Below are positions 1 through 11,301 of a stretch of 64,000 nucleotides of DNA, in pieces (the first letter of the stretch is position 1; the number at the start of each line of letters is the position of its first letter). This DNA comes from Escherichia coli (GTDB taxonomy: Bacteria; Pseudomonadota; Gammaproteobacteria; Enterobacterales; Enterobacteriaceae): NCBI RefSeq assembly GCF_003334315.1, contig NZ_QOWR01000008.1, one strand, 5' to 3'. A program made the position numbers and the translations under genes. Under the pieces are notes generated by a model. The model ran no database searches, was not told the origin of the DNA, and worked only from the letters and a program-made list of their open reading frames with translations.

Positions 1-87
1 GCGCTGGTGGTGGTGTTTCTCTGTGGTATTGCTGTGATTGGCGTGCAATTTTTGATTGCGGCAGGGTTGTTACCAGAAGTGGGGTGA
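1..87 (+). CDS. tyrP: 3' end of tyrosine permease gene (partial; runs off the window start)
   Basis: In-frame translation ...IAAGLLPEVG then TGA at 85-87; hydrophobic C-terminus consistent with TyrP, and position upstream of yecA matches E. coli gene order. Confidence 0.55.
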   Translation, partial: ALVVVFLCGIAVIGVQFLIAAGLLPEVG

Positions 88-148
88 TCAGATAGCCTCA
101 AATTCCTTATTGGGTGCCAGAATTAACGCTGACACCCAATTTGACTTC

Positions 149-814
149 TTAATGCAGGCAGCACTGCTTAAATTTCTTACCACTGCCGCACGGACAAGGA
201 TCGTTACGCCCCGGTTTCTCTTCTGCTTTGATCGGTTGCTGAACAGCTTTTTCCTGCGGATGCGCCATCCAGTATGCATGTAAATCAAGCGCCGCCAGTC
301 GAATGGCATCTACGCTCTCTTCAAACGCTTCTGGCGACATCTTCTCTACCCGCTCGAAGTTGTCCTCAGTACCGTGCAGCGCTATCGCCTCCAGCGCTGG
401 TTTTAACGAATCGGGCAATGTTGACCAGTCAGAAAGTGCCACGCCCCGCATATAGCCAAAGCACCACTCCTCAACAATCGTCAGCTCGCTGCCATCAACT
501 TCTCGCAAGCCGAATAGCGGCTCAAACTGCTCCGGGAATTCGTTCAGACGCTCTGCGGTATCGGCCATATGTTGAAAGGCCAGGTTCATAAAGCGTGTCA
601 TCTCTTTCTCAGACGCCCAGCGCGGCACATAGTCAGCCCCACCCCACACGGCAACCAGCCACTGTGCCGGTTCAATCTCTTGCGGAGAACTCAACACCGC
701 CGTCAATAAACCGTCCAGCTCCGCCACATCAAGGATGGCGTGGTCAGTGTTGTATTTGGTCAGAATATCGTCCAGCCATTCCAACTCACTTTCGTTTAAC
801 GGTCCCGTTTTCAT
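149..814 (-). CDS. yecA: SEC-C metal-binding motif protein YecA
   Basis: 221-aa ORF ending ...[15 protein letters not shown] (SEC-C Zn-binding motif); conserved synteny next to the leuZ-cysT-glyW tRNAs. Confidence 0.9.
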   Translation of the reverse strand: MKTGPLNESELEWLDDILTKYNTDHAILDVAELDGLLTAVLSSPQEIEPAQWLVAVWGGADYVPRWASEKEMTRFMNLAFQHMADTAERLNEFPEQFEPLFGLREVDGSELTIVEEWCFGYMRGVALSDWSTLPDSLKPALEAIALHGTEDNFERVEKMSPEAFEESVDAIRLAALDLHAYWMAHPQEKAVQQPIKAEEKPGRNDPCPCGSGKKFKQCCLH

Positions 815-940
815 ACGCTTTTCCTTGTGGATCTCAACTCGCCAGCACCTATCTTACATGCCGGTCCGTATCAGAGATACTTTTTGAGTGGCTTTGCCGG
901 TGATTAAAAATTAAGGAGGGTGTAACGACAAGTTGCAGGC

Positions 941-966
941 ACAAAAAAACCACCCGAAGGTGGTTT
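941..966 (-). terminator. Rho-independent terminator downstream of the glyW-cysT-leuZ tRNA cluster
   Basis: GC stem aaaccacc / ggtggttt with a 4-nt loop (947-966) followed on the minus strand by a U-run (A-run 941-947 on plus). Confidence 0.5.
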
Positions 967-1009
967 CACGACACTGCTTATTGCTTTGATTTTATTCTTA
1001 TCTTTCCCA

Positions 1010-1096
1010 TGGTACCCGGAGCGGGACTTGAACCCGCACAGCGCGAACGCCGAGGGATTTTAAATCCCTTGTGTCTACCGATTCCACCATCCGGGC
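1010..1096 (-). tRNA. leuZ: tRNA-Leu (anticodon UAA), 87 nt
   Basis: Reverse complement reads GCCCGGATGGTGGAATCGGTAG...GGTTCAAGTCCCGCTCCGGGTACCA with long variable arm; anticodon loop carries UAA. Confidence 0.9.
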
Positions 1097-1108
1097 TCGG
1101 GAAGAAAG

Positions 1109-1182
1109 TGGAGGCGCGTTCCGGAGTCGAACCGGACTAGACGGATTTGCAATCCGCTACATAACCGCTTTGTTAACGCGCC
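1109..1182 (-). tRNA. cysT: tRNA-Cys (anticodon GCA), 74 nt
   Basis: Reverse complement reads GGCGCGTTAACAAAGCGGTTATGTAGCGGATTGCAAATCCG...CTCCA; anticodon GCA. Confidence 0.9.
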
Positions 1183-1236
1183 AAATTCTTCAGGCCTTTC
1201 AGCCAGACATCCGCTTGAGGCCGATGTCTTTTAAAC

Positions 1237-1312
<76 letters not shown>

Positions 1313-1463
1313 ATTCATCAAGCAATCAGTTAATCACTTGATTTTATTATCGTCTGGCAATCAGTGCCGCCGTTCGATGCGTTGCATTCTACTTACCTGG
1401 CGCGATGAGTCAACGATATTTTTCACCACTTTTGATCGTTTGCTGAAAATTGCACCAAAGCGA

Positions 1464-2012
1464 TCACTGATCAAGCAAATCTGCACGCGCAGCGCTCAAA
1501 TATTGCAACATTGACCACAGAGTCAGTACCGCAGCCACAAAGAAAAGTGCAATACCGGCGTACTCAACCCAAATGTTCGGACGCCACAGCAGCCAGGCCA
1601 ACGCCACCATCTGGGCCGTAGTTTTCACTTTCCCAATCCAGGAGACAGCCACGCTACTGCGTTTACCCAACTCCGCCATCCATTCGCGTAGCGCAGAAAT
1701 AATAATTTCACGGGCGATCATCGTTGCCGCCGGTAAGGTCACCCACCAGCTGTGATAATGCTCGGTTACCAGCACCATGGCGATAGCCACGAGAACTTTA
1801 TCTGCGACAGGGTCAAGGAAAGCACCAAACCGGGTACTCTGGTTCCAGCGGCGTGCCAGAAAACCATCGAACCAGTCAGTCACCGCCGCGACGCAGAAAA
1901 TGAGCGCGGCGGCAAACGGCGACCAGGTGACAGGCAGATAAAAGACCAATACAAAGAATGGGATAAGGATGACACGGAACAGTGTAAGCAACGTAGGGAT
2001 ATTAAATTGCAT
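1464..2012 (-). CDS. pgsA: CDP-diacylglycerol--glycerol-3-phosphate 3-phosphatidyltransferase (phosphatidylglycerophosphate synthase)
   Basis: 182-aa [23 protein letters not shown]... with CDP-alcohol phosphatidyltransferase motif (DG..AR......G...D...D); synteny upstream of uvrC. Confidence 0.93.
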
Positions 2013-2068
2013 AATGACGGGTAACTATCTGTTGTCAGTAAGATTACCCCTATGTTGCTACAGAGACA

Positions 2069-3901
2069 TCAATGTTTCAACGACCAGAAGATCTTTTCTG
2101 CCAGACCTTGCGAAATACCCGGCACTTTTGCAATTTCCTCGACGCTGGCGTTACGTAAACCTTGCAAACCGCCCATATATTTCAACAACATTTGCCGGCG
2201 TTTTGGCCCGACGCCTTCAATGGTTTCCAGGGAACTGGTATTTTTGACCTTCGCCCGTTTTTTACGGTGCCCGCCAATCGCGTGATCGTGTGATTCATCG
2301 CGAATATGCTGGATAACATGCAGCGCGGGAGAATCTGGCGGCAAACTGAATCCCTCACCTTCCGGCTCAAAGAACAGCGTTTCCAGCCCAGCCTTACGAT
2401 CTACTCCTTTGGCAACGCCAAGTAGCAGCGGATGATTTTTATCCCATGAGACATCCAGTTCGGCGAAGACATTTTTCGCCTGCGCAAGCTGGCCTTTGCC
2501 GCCGTCGATAAGTATCACATCCGGGATCTTACTGTCGTCGATGGCTTTACCATAACGCCGACGCAGCACCTGATTCATCGCCGCATAATCATCGCCCGGC
2601 GTGATGCCAGTAATGTTATAGCGCCGATACTCCGCACGCAGCGGGCCGTTAGCATCAAACACCACACAGGAAGCGACGGTTTGTTCACCCATGGTATGGC
2701 TGATGTCAAAGCACTCCATCCGCTTCACTTCCGGCAATTTCAACACACTGGCAAGTGCTGTAAGCCGCTGGTGAACGGTAGATTGCTGCGAAAGTTTGCT
2801 GGTTAAGGCCGTCGCCGCATTGGTGCGCGCGAGTTTCAGATAACGCGCCCGATCGCCGCGAGGTTTGGTTTGAACATTAATCTTGCGTCCCGCCAGTTCT
2901 GAAAGGGAATCGGCGAGCAGCGTTTTATCGCTAAGATTAAAATCGAGCAGGATCTCACCCGGTAAGGTGCGCATCTGGCTGCCTTGTAAATAGAACTGAC
3001 CTACGAAGGTTTCTACCACCTCGCTCAGTTCCGTACCGCCAGGCACTTTCGGGAAATAGCTGCGGCTGCCGAGCACTTTGCCCTGACGAATGAACAATAC
3101 GTGGACACAAGCCATGCCCGCATCGAACGCCACACCAATAACGTCGAGGTCGTCGCCGGTATTGGAAACGAATTGTTTTTCGGTGACGCGTCGCACCGCC
3201 TGAATTTGGTCGCGAATACGTGCCGCTTCTTCAAACTCCAGATTCTGGCTGGCAGTTTCCATACGACTAATGAGTTGCGTAAGCACCTGATCATCTTTGC
3301 CAGACAAAAACAGGCGCACATACTCGACCTGCTGAGCGTATTCTTCTTCACTCACCAGTCCTTCAACGCACGGTCCCAGACAGCGCCCTATCTGATATTG
3401 CAGACACGGACGCGAGCGATTGCGATAAACACTATTTTCGCACTGGCGAATGGGGAAAATCTTTTGCAGTAGCGCCAGTGTTTCACGTACGGCATAGCCA
3501 TTCGGGAACGGGCCGAAATATTCACCTTTGGCATGCTTCGCACCACGATGCATCGCCAGACGCGGGTGGGTATCGCCACTCAGGAAGATAAAAGGATAAG
3601 ATTTATCATCGCGTAGCAAAACGTTGTAACGCGGCTGATAGAGTTTGATGTAGTTGTGTTCCAGCAACAGCGCTTCGGTTTCTGTATGAGTAACCGTTAC
3701 ATCAATTTGCTGGATCTGGGCGACCAGCGCTTCGGTTTTGCGCGAAGCGAGGTTGCTACGGAAATAGCTGGAAAGCCGTTTTTTCAGGTCTTTCGCTTTG
3801 CCGACATAGATAACCGTACCACCAGCATCGTACATGCGATAAACGCCTGGCTGGCTGGTTACGGTTTTTAAAAACGCTTTTGCGTCAAACTGATCACTCA
3901 C
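2069..3901 (-). CDS. uvrC: Excinuclease ABC subunit C
   Basis: 610-aa ORF with N-terminal GIY-YIG motif (GVYRMY...GTVIYVGKA) and C-terminal helix-hairpin-helix region; start overlaps uvrY stop. Confidence 0.95.
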   Translation of the reverse strand: MSDQFDAKAFLKTVTSQPGVYRMYDAGGTVIYVGKAKDLKKRLSSYFRSNLASRKTEALVAQIQQIDVTVTHTETEALLLEHNYIKLYQPRYNVLLRDDKSYPFIFLSGDTHPRLAMHRGAKHAKGEYFGPFPNGYAVRETLALLQKIFPIRQCENSVYRNRSRPCLQYQIGRCLGPCVEGLVSEEEYAQQVEYVRLFLSGKDDQVLTQLISRMETASQNLEFEEAARIRDQIQAVRRVTEKQFVSNTGDDLDVIGVAFDAGMACVHVLFIRQGKVLGSRSYFPKVPGGTELSEVVETFVGQFYLQGSQMRTLPGEILLDFNLSDKTLLADSLSELAGRKINVQTKPRGDRARYLKLARTNAATALTSKLSQQSTVHQRLTALASVLKLPEVKRMECFDISHTMGEQTVASCVVFDANGPLRAEYRRYNITGITPGDDYAAMNQVLRRRYGKAIDDSKIPDVILIDGGKGQLAQAKNVFAELDVSWDKNHPLLLGVAKGVDRKAGLETLFFEPEGEGFSLPPDSPALHVIQHIRDESHDHAIGGHRKKRAKVKNTSSLETIEGVGPKRRQMLLKYMGGLQGLRNASVEEIAKVPGISQGLAEKIFWSLKH

Positions 3902-4554
3902 TGACTTGATAATGTCTCCGCATTACACAGACCATGGCGAATTGCCAGGTGAGTCAGCTCAACATCGCCATGAATGTTTAGTTTACTGAACATACGATAG
4001 CGGTAGCTGTTCACCGTTTTCGGACTGAGATTGAGCTGTTCTGAGATCTCATTGACCTTCTGGCCCTTGGTGATCATCAGCATAATCTGCAATTCACGTT
4101 CAGACAAACTGGCAAATGGGCTTTCTGTTTTTTCTGGTTCGATCTGGCTTAACGCCATTTGTTGAGCGATGTCAGAAGCAATGTAACGCTGCCCTGAATA
4201 GACAGAACGAATCGCACTCACGACTTCCTGCGGAGCCGCGCCTTTGCTGAGGTAGCCCGCAGCACCGGCCTGCATGACTTTCGCTGGTAAAGGGTTTTCT
4301 GTATGGACGGTAAGCATGATGATTTTGACATCAGCTGTGGAACGCGCGATTTTACGCGTCGCCTCAAGACCGCCAATGCCCGGCATACTCATGTCCATTA
4401 GCACCACGTCAACGGCATTTGCCCGACACCACTTAACGGCGTCTTCACCGCACGATGCCTCACCGACGACTTTTATACCCTTTATATCTTCCAGAATGCG
4501 TCGTATCCCTGCGCGCACCAGTTCGTGGTCATCAACAAGTAGAACGTTGATCAA
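3898..4554 (-). CDS. uvrY: Response regulator UvrY (BarA/UvrY two-component system), LuxR/FixJ family
   Basis: 218-aa [22 protein letters not shown]... with receiver domain and C-terminal LuxR-type HTH; 4-nt overlap with uvrC. Confidence 0.95.
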   Translation of the reverse strand: MINVLLVDDHELVRAGIRRILEDIKGIKVVGEASCGEDAVKWCRANAVDVVLMDMSMPGIGGLEATRKIARSTADVKIIMLTVHTENPLPAKVMQAGAAGYLSKGAAPQEVVSAIRSVYSGQRYIASDIAQQMALSQIEPEKTESPFASLSERELQIMLMITKGQKVNEISEQLNLSPKTVNSYRYRMFSKLNIHGDVELTHLAIRHGLCNAETLSSQ

Positions 4555-4946
4555 AGGAATATCTCCAGAAATAGGGATAACGCTACTGATAGTTAGTCAT
4601 TCGTATATTAGCGGTTTTTATTGCAACTTTGAAACGTTAAAAATGGTGGGTATTCGATTTTTCTCTCGTTTTTGTCAATTCGATTGTCCACAGTTATGGT
4701 CACGCCCGTCACCAACGGCTTACCGGATCGTTTCACAGTAAGCCCGGCGATGAAATGTGACAAAAATTGACTTTATTCAGCAAAAATGAAAATCAGCCCG
4801 CTGAATATGTAACATTAATTAACCCAAACAATACGGGCAAAAAACATTCATGATAAAAATATTTATTGGTCATTATATTAACGTATTTTATAGCACTGTT
4901 GATATCACGCTCAAAAAACAACCACTGCTATTTTTAGCAAAGCTTA

Positions 4947-4955
4947 TGGTATACT
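4947..4955 (+). promoter_or_regulatory. Candidate extended -10 element (TGgTATACT) upstream of yecF
   Basis: Near-consensus TGnTATACT about 58 nt upstream of the yecF ATG; no strong -35 seen. Confidence 0.3.
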
Positions 4956-5012
4956 CCGCCGCCTTAACATTTTTCACCGCAAATTTTCATTGCAACATGA
5001 CGAGGAAAATAA

Positions 5013-5237
5013 ATGAGTACGCCTGATTTTTCTACTGCCGAGAATAATCAAGAACTGGCAAATGAAGTCTCCTGCCTGAAAGCGATGCTGACGCTGATGC
5101 TGCAGGCGATGGGACAAGCTGACGCGGGCCGCGTGATGTTAAAGATGGAAAAACAGCTTGCGCTGATCGAAGACGAAACCCAGGCTGCAGTATTTTCCAA
5201 AACGGTTAAGCAAATTAAACAAGCCTACCGTCAGTAA
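5013..5237 (+). CDS. yecF: Small protein YecF (DUF2594)
   Basis: 74-aa [29 protein letters not shown]...; conserved position between uvrY and sdiA. Confidence 0.85.
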
Positions 5238-5241
5238 TATA

Positions 5242-5279
5242 AAACCGGCTGAGAACGTGCCTTTCAGCCGGTTTTTGCA
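5242..5279. terminator. Bidirectional rho-independent terminator between convergent yecF and sdiA
   Basis: Perfect 11-bp stem aaaccggctga / tcagccggttt flanked by an A-run upstream and a T-run downstream. Confidence 0.55.
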
Positions 5280-5303
5280 TCTGACACGCAGAAAGAAAAG
5301 AGA

Positions 5304-6026
5304 TCAAATTAAGCCAGTAGCGGCCGCGTAACAGGCAACCTGGGTCTTATTCGGTGCATTGATTTTTTTCTGCATGTTTTTCTGATGGAAATTGACCGTA
5401 TTCTCAGAGATTGACAAAATCATCGCTATCTCTGCTGATGTCTTCCCTTCCGCCGTCCACCTCAGAATTTCTTTTTCGCGCTTGCTGAAATTCATCTCTG
5501 GCGTCATCACTATTTCATCATTTAAACGCATCAGAGCCATCAGACTTTCGCGCACCAGTAACTGCATTTTTAATTGCAGTTCATCACTAAGAATGGGTAT
5601 TTCGCGCGCGCTGCAACGGGAAAAGGACAAAAAGCCCAGCGCCCGGTTTGGCAGCATTAAATACTGAGTGACACCGCGGCGTAAACCATGTGCGCGCGCG
5701 GCTTCCCATAACGGCTGTGCTTCGTTGAATAAGTCATCATTCCACATTAGATGGCCCTGACTAAAGTTTTCAGGGTTCAGCACCGGATCAATTGCGAGAA
5801 AGTTTTTTGCCTGATAATAACTAACCCACGCCTCAGGGTAATTGGTGTAGAAAGCCACTTTAGGTCGCGTGAATGGTACCGGGTGGCGAACACATAACGA
5901 ATAGTAATCGTACTCCAGCTGCTGAGCCTGAAGCTCTATTTCATGGTAGACCTCTTCTGCGGCCTCCATCCTCTGAAAACGCAACAGCATCGTGCGACGC
6001 CAGCTGAAAAAATCCGTATCCTGCAT
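5304..6026 (-). CDS. sdiA: LuxR-family quorum-sensing regulator SdiA
   Basis: ORF track gives 244 aa (5304..6038); trimmed to MQDTDFFSWRRTMLLRFQRME... (240 aa); autoinducer-binding domain plus C-terminal LuxR HTH. Confidence 0.92.
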   Translation of the reverse strand: MQDTDFFSWRRTMLLRFQRMEAAEEVYHEIELQAQQLEYDYYSLCVRHPVPFTRPKVAFYTNYPEAWVSYYQAKNFLAIDPVLNPENFSQGHLMWNDDLFNEAQPLWEAARAHGLRRGVTQYLMLPNRALGFLSFSRCSAREIPILSDELQLKMQLLVRESLMALMRLNDEIVMTPEMNFSKREKEILRWTAEGKTSAEIAMILSISENTVNFHQKNMQKKINAPNKTQVACYAAATGLI

Positions 6027-6255
6027 AGTAAACCGCAACGCCCCTGAGAGTGAGTATCATTTATAATGATAATTCAAACTATCACATAAATAAGATTTAT
6101 ATATAATTTATATTATTCAGGCAATGAATTACTTTTGCAAGCCATCACATTCTCTTATGTTATTAATGAGTTATGCTGATTTGTTAAGCAGTTTTATCAC
6201 GCTTGAAATAGCGTCCCGCCCCGACAGGTGAATCGTCGGGGCTGATTTTTTCTTA

Positions 6256-7008
6256 TTATTGCAGCAGAAACTTCTCGAGGAACTGGCGGGTGCGAGGCTG
6301 CTGGGGATCGGCAAATAACGCTTTTGCTGCCCCCTGCTCGACTATCCGCCCCTGGTCCATAAAAATCGCCCGGTCCGCAACATCCCGGGCAAAGCTCATT
6401 TCGTGCGTCACAATCACCATCGTGCGCTTTTCCTGCGCCAGCTGACGGATGGTATTCAGGACTTCGCCCACCAGCTCTGGATCCAGCGCTGACGTTGGCT
6501 CGTCAAACAAAATCACCTCAGGACGCATTGCCAGCGCACGCGCAATCGCAACACGCTGCTGTTGACCGCCAGACAAACGACGTGGATAGCTGGTTTCTTT
6601 ACCGGCCAGCCCAACTTTCGCCAGTAGCTCGCGAGCGCGCGCCGTGGCCTCTTCTTTCGGTTCGCCTTTGACGATCACCGGCCCTTCAATAATGTTCTCC
6701 AGCACCGTACGATGCGGAAACAAATTAAAGTTCTGGAAGACAAACCCGACGTGCTGACGCAACTGGCGAATCAGCGATTTTTGCTGACTTAATGAACGTG
6801 CAGTATCAATAGTGATATCGCCAACGGTGATCGTTCCCGCTTCGGGTTGTTCCAGCAGATTTATGCTGCGTAGCAACGTGGTTTTGCCGGAACCACTCGG
6901 ACCGATAATTGCCACCACTTCGCCAGGCTTTACCTCGAGGTCGATACCGTGCAGCACCGTCTGACCGTGGAATTTTTTCACCAGGTTCTTAACTTCAATG
7001 GCACTCAT
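6256..7008 (-). CDS. tcyN: Cystine ABC transporter ATP-binding protein
   Basis: 250-aa ORF with Walker A GPSGSGKTT, ABC signature LSGGQQQRVAIARAL and Walker B ILFDEPTSALD. Confidence 0.92.
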   Translation of the reverse strand: MSAIEVKNLVKKFHGQTVLHGIDLEVKPGEVVAIIGPSGSGKTTLLRSINLLEQPEAGTITVGDITIDTARSLSQQKSLIRQLRQHVGFVFQNFNLFPHRTVLENIIEGPVIVKGEPKEEATARARELLAKVGLAGKETSYPRRLSGGQQQRVAIARALAMRPEVILFDEPTSALDPELVGEVLNTIRQLAQEKRTMVIVTHEMSFARDVADRAIFMDQGRIVEQGAAKALFADPQQPRTRQFLEKFLLQ

Positions 7009-7673
7009 TTTGGTTCTCTCTCCTGGCGATTAAGTTGATTCTCAAAATGGTTCTGCAACGTCGATAACACAGTCGCCATGATCCAGTAGATGAGCGAAGC
7101 CGCCAGATACATGGTGAACACCTCCAGCGTACGCGAGGTAATCAACTGCGCCTGACGGAACAGCTCCGGCACCTGGATTGTCGCGGCCAGCGACGTATCT
7201 TTTACCAGGCTGATAAAGCTGTTCGACAGCGGCGGCAACGCCACACGCGCCGCCTGTGGCAAAATCGCGCGACGCATGGTCTGCCACGGCGTCATACCAA
7301 TACTGGCTGCCGCTTCCCACTGACCTTTATCAATAGAAGAAATGGCGGCGCGCAGCGTTTCGGCAGCATAGGCGGCAGTGTTCAACGACAGACCAATCAT
7401 TGCTGACGGAATGGGATCTAATTCGATACCAAACTGCGGCAGGCCGTAATAGATCATAAACAGTTGTGCGATGAGCGGCGTACCACGAAAAATAGAGATA
7501 TAAAAACGCGCCAGCCAGCGCACGGGCCAGATTGGCGACAGGCGCATCAGCGCGAGAATAAACCCGAGCAGTAAGCCAAAAAACATGCCGCCGATACTGA
7601 GTTGCAGCGTATACCCAGCACCTTTCAGCAGGAACGGCAAGGAATCAATAACCAGTTGTATACTTTCTTGCAT
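7005..7673 (-). CDS. tcyL: Cystine ABC transporter permease
   Basis: 222-aa polytopic membrane ORF of the polar amino-acid permease type; 4-nt overlap with tcyN. Confidence 0.92.
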   Translation of the reverse strand: MQESIQLVIDSLPFLLKGAGYTLQLSIGGMFFGLLLGFILALMRLSPIWPVRWLARFYISIFRGTPLIAQLFMIYYGLPQFGIELDPIPSAMIGLSLNTAAYAAETLRAAISSIDKGQWEAAASIGMTPWQTMRRAILPQAARVALPPLSNSFISLVKDTSLAATIQVPELFRQAQLITSRTLEVFTMYLAASLIYWIMATVLSTLQNHFENQLNRQEREPK

Positions 7674-7687
7674 GAGCGTTTCCGGAG

Positions 7688-9579
<1,892 letters not shown>

Positions 9580-9666
9580 ATTCACCCCGAATGTTGTTAT
9601 GTCTGTTTGCAGTGTAGAGCCATTGTTTGTAAACACAAAAACAACTCCGCTACATCTTATTCTTAT

Positions 9667-10218
9667 TTAATATATATCAGAAGCAGGCAGGCTGGAGGAT
9701 TTCTGCACAAGTCCGGTACAGGTTTGGCGCTGATAGTGTTGATACTTCCGTAACGCGATGCGGTAATTGTTGGTGCTGGTGGTGGGCAGCCACGGGGCGA
9801 GGATTTCATCAAGGAAACCGTCCTGCAGCTGATCGAGGGAAATATTTTGCTCGTGTAGATGATTCCCCAAACGGCGCAGACGAACGACATATTCACGCAC
9901 CGTACCTGGGCTCATTTCAGTTTGCTCAAAAAGAAATTGCTTAAAGCCGATAATATCGAAAAAATCACTCTGCGTTTTGCAATGTAAATCACCGCAAAAT
10001 CGGCACAATGCCGCCCATGATTTTTGTTCCGTTTGCCAGCCCTTTTCATCAAGCAGCGTGTCCAGGCGGGAAATCTCGATTTTATTCACTATTTTGCCGT
10101 CGCGAACGAGGGTAATGCGATCGAGTAATTTACGGCAATGCGCGCAATGGGTCTGGCTGTGTTTAAAGTCTTTAAGATAGCGGCTTAATGGCCGTCTTTT
10201 CAGGTGCTGCACCATCAT
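9667..10218 (-). CDS. fliZ: Flagellar/curli regulatory protein FliZ
   Basis: Trimmed to MMVQHLKRRPLSRYLKDFKHSQTHCAHC... (183 aa); immediately downstream of fliA on the minus strand. Confidence 0.9.
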   Translation of the reverse strand: MMVQHLKRRPLSRYLKDFKHSQTHCAHCRKLLDRITLVRDGKIVNKIEISRLDTLLDEKGWQTEQKSWAALCRFCGDLHCKTQSDFFDIIGFKQFLFEQTEMSPGTVREYVVRLRRLGNHLHEQNISLDQLQDGFLDEILAPWLPTTSTNNYRIALRKYQHYQRQTCTGLVQKSSSLPASDIY

Positions 10219-10263
10219 TAAGAACTCCTGGTAGTCAAAGTTAAAGTGCGGCATTTACTGACG

Positions 10264-10983
10264 TTATAACTTACCCAGTTTAGTGCGTAACCGTTTAATA
10301 GCCTGGCTGTGTAACTGACTGACCCGCGATTCCCCGACCTCCAGCACTGCACCAATCTCTTTGAGATTCAGCTCTTCCTGGTAATAGAGGGTTAATACCA
10401 GTTTTTCGCGCTCCGGCAACGTTTCGATGGCTTCCATCACCCGCTGGCGCAGATTATTGTCCAGCAGTTGTTGTAGCGGGTTTTCTCGCTGATGATCATC
10501 AGTAACCAGTTCGATGCTATCGCCGTGCTCTTCGCGCCACTCATCGTAGGAGAAGAGCTGGCTGTTATTGGTGTCGAGCAACATTTGGCGATAATCGGCA
10601 ATATCGATCCCTAAACGTTCCGCTACCTCAGTTTCCGTGGCGTTGCGGCCAAGTTCCTGCTCCAGTTGCCCTATTGCCTGTGCCACTTCACGCGCGTTGC
10701 GTCGCACGCTGCGCGGCACCCAGTCACGGCTGCGAAGTTCATCCAGCATAGCGCCACGGATACGCTGCACTGCGTAAGTTGTAAATGCCGTTCCTTGTAG
10801 GGCGTCATAGCGTTCGACGGCATTAAGTAACCCAATGCCGCCCGCCTGTAGCAGATCGTCAAGTTCCACGCTCGCGGGCAGTCGAACCTGCAGGCGCAAT
10901 GCTTCGTGACGCACCAGCGGGACATAACGCTGCCACAGCGAGTGTTTATCCATTACACCTTCAGCGGTATAGAGTGAATTCAC
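10264..10983 (-). CDS. fliA: Flagellar sigma factor sigma-28 (FliA)
   Basis: 239-aa ORF with sigma-70 family regions 2 and 4 (...YDALQGTAFTTYAVQRIRGAMLDELR..., ...LNLKEIGAVLEVGESRVSQLHSQAIKRLR). Confidence 0.95.
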   Translation of the reverse strand: MNSLYTAEGVMDKHSLWQRYVPLVRHEALRLQVRLPASVELDDLLQAGGIGLLNAVERYDALQGTAFTTYAVQRIRGAMLDELRSRDWVPRSVRRNAREVAQAIGQLEQELGRNATETEVAERLGIDIADYRQMLLDTNNSQLFSYDEWREEHGDSIELVTDDHQRENPLQQLLDNNLRQRVMEAIETLPEREKLVLTLYYQEELNLKEIGAVLEVGESRVSQLHSQAIKRLRTKLGKL

Positions 10984-11100
10984 GATAAACAGCCCTGCGT
11001 TATATGAGTTATCGGCATGATTATCCGTTTCTGCAGGGTTTTTAATCGGACGATTAGTGGGTGAAATGAGGGGTTATTTGGGGGTTACCGGTAAATTGCG
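10984..11100 (-). promoter_or_regulatory. fliA promoter region (expected flagellar class II/III control); includes a GCCGATAA sigma-28 -10-like element at 11009-11016
   Basis: Minus-strand GCCGATAA immediately upstream of fliA; no TAAA at the canonical 15-nt spacing, so the full promoter architecture is not resolved from sequence. Confidence 0.35.
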
Positions 11101-11103
11101 GGC

Positions 11104-11129
11104 AGAAAAAACCCCGCCGTTGGCGGGGA
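11104..11129 (-). terminator. fliC rho-independent terminator
   Basis: Minus strand reads ccccgcc-aacg-gcgggg hairpin followed by UUUUUUCU; lies downstream of the fliC stop and REP elements. Confidence 0.55.
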
Positions 11130-11160
11130 AGCACGTTGCTGACAAATTACCATTCATGTT

Positions 11161-11259
11161 GCCGGATGCGGCGTAACGCCTTATCCGGCCTACAAAAATC
11201 TGCAAATTCAATAAATTGCAATTCACCTTGTAGGCCTGATAAGCACAGCGCACCAGGCA
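11161..11259. repeat. REP/BIME element pair in the fliC 3' UTR
   Basis: gccggatgcggcgtaacgccttatccggcctaca and inverted copy tgtaggcctgataagcacagcgcaccaggc; canonical REP consensus. Confidence 0.6.
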
Positions 11260-11301
11260 ATTTGGCGTTGCCGTCAGTCTCAGTTAATCAGGTTACGACG
11301 A

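Noticed and set aside
274-903. Plus-strand ORFs (105 aa and 102 aa) overlapping yecA
   Set aside because: Antisense to the conserved SEC-C protein gene; Pro/Ser/Arg-rich low-complexity translations with no start context.
6215-6250. Hairpin cccgccccgacaggtgaatcgtcggggc followed by TTTTTT at the tcyN 3' end
   Set aside because: Readable as a plus-strand terminator, but no plus-strand gene ends there; probably the tcyN-operon terminator acting weakly in reverse orientation or an incidental structure. Not listed as a feature because strand assignment is ambiguous.
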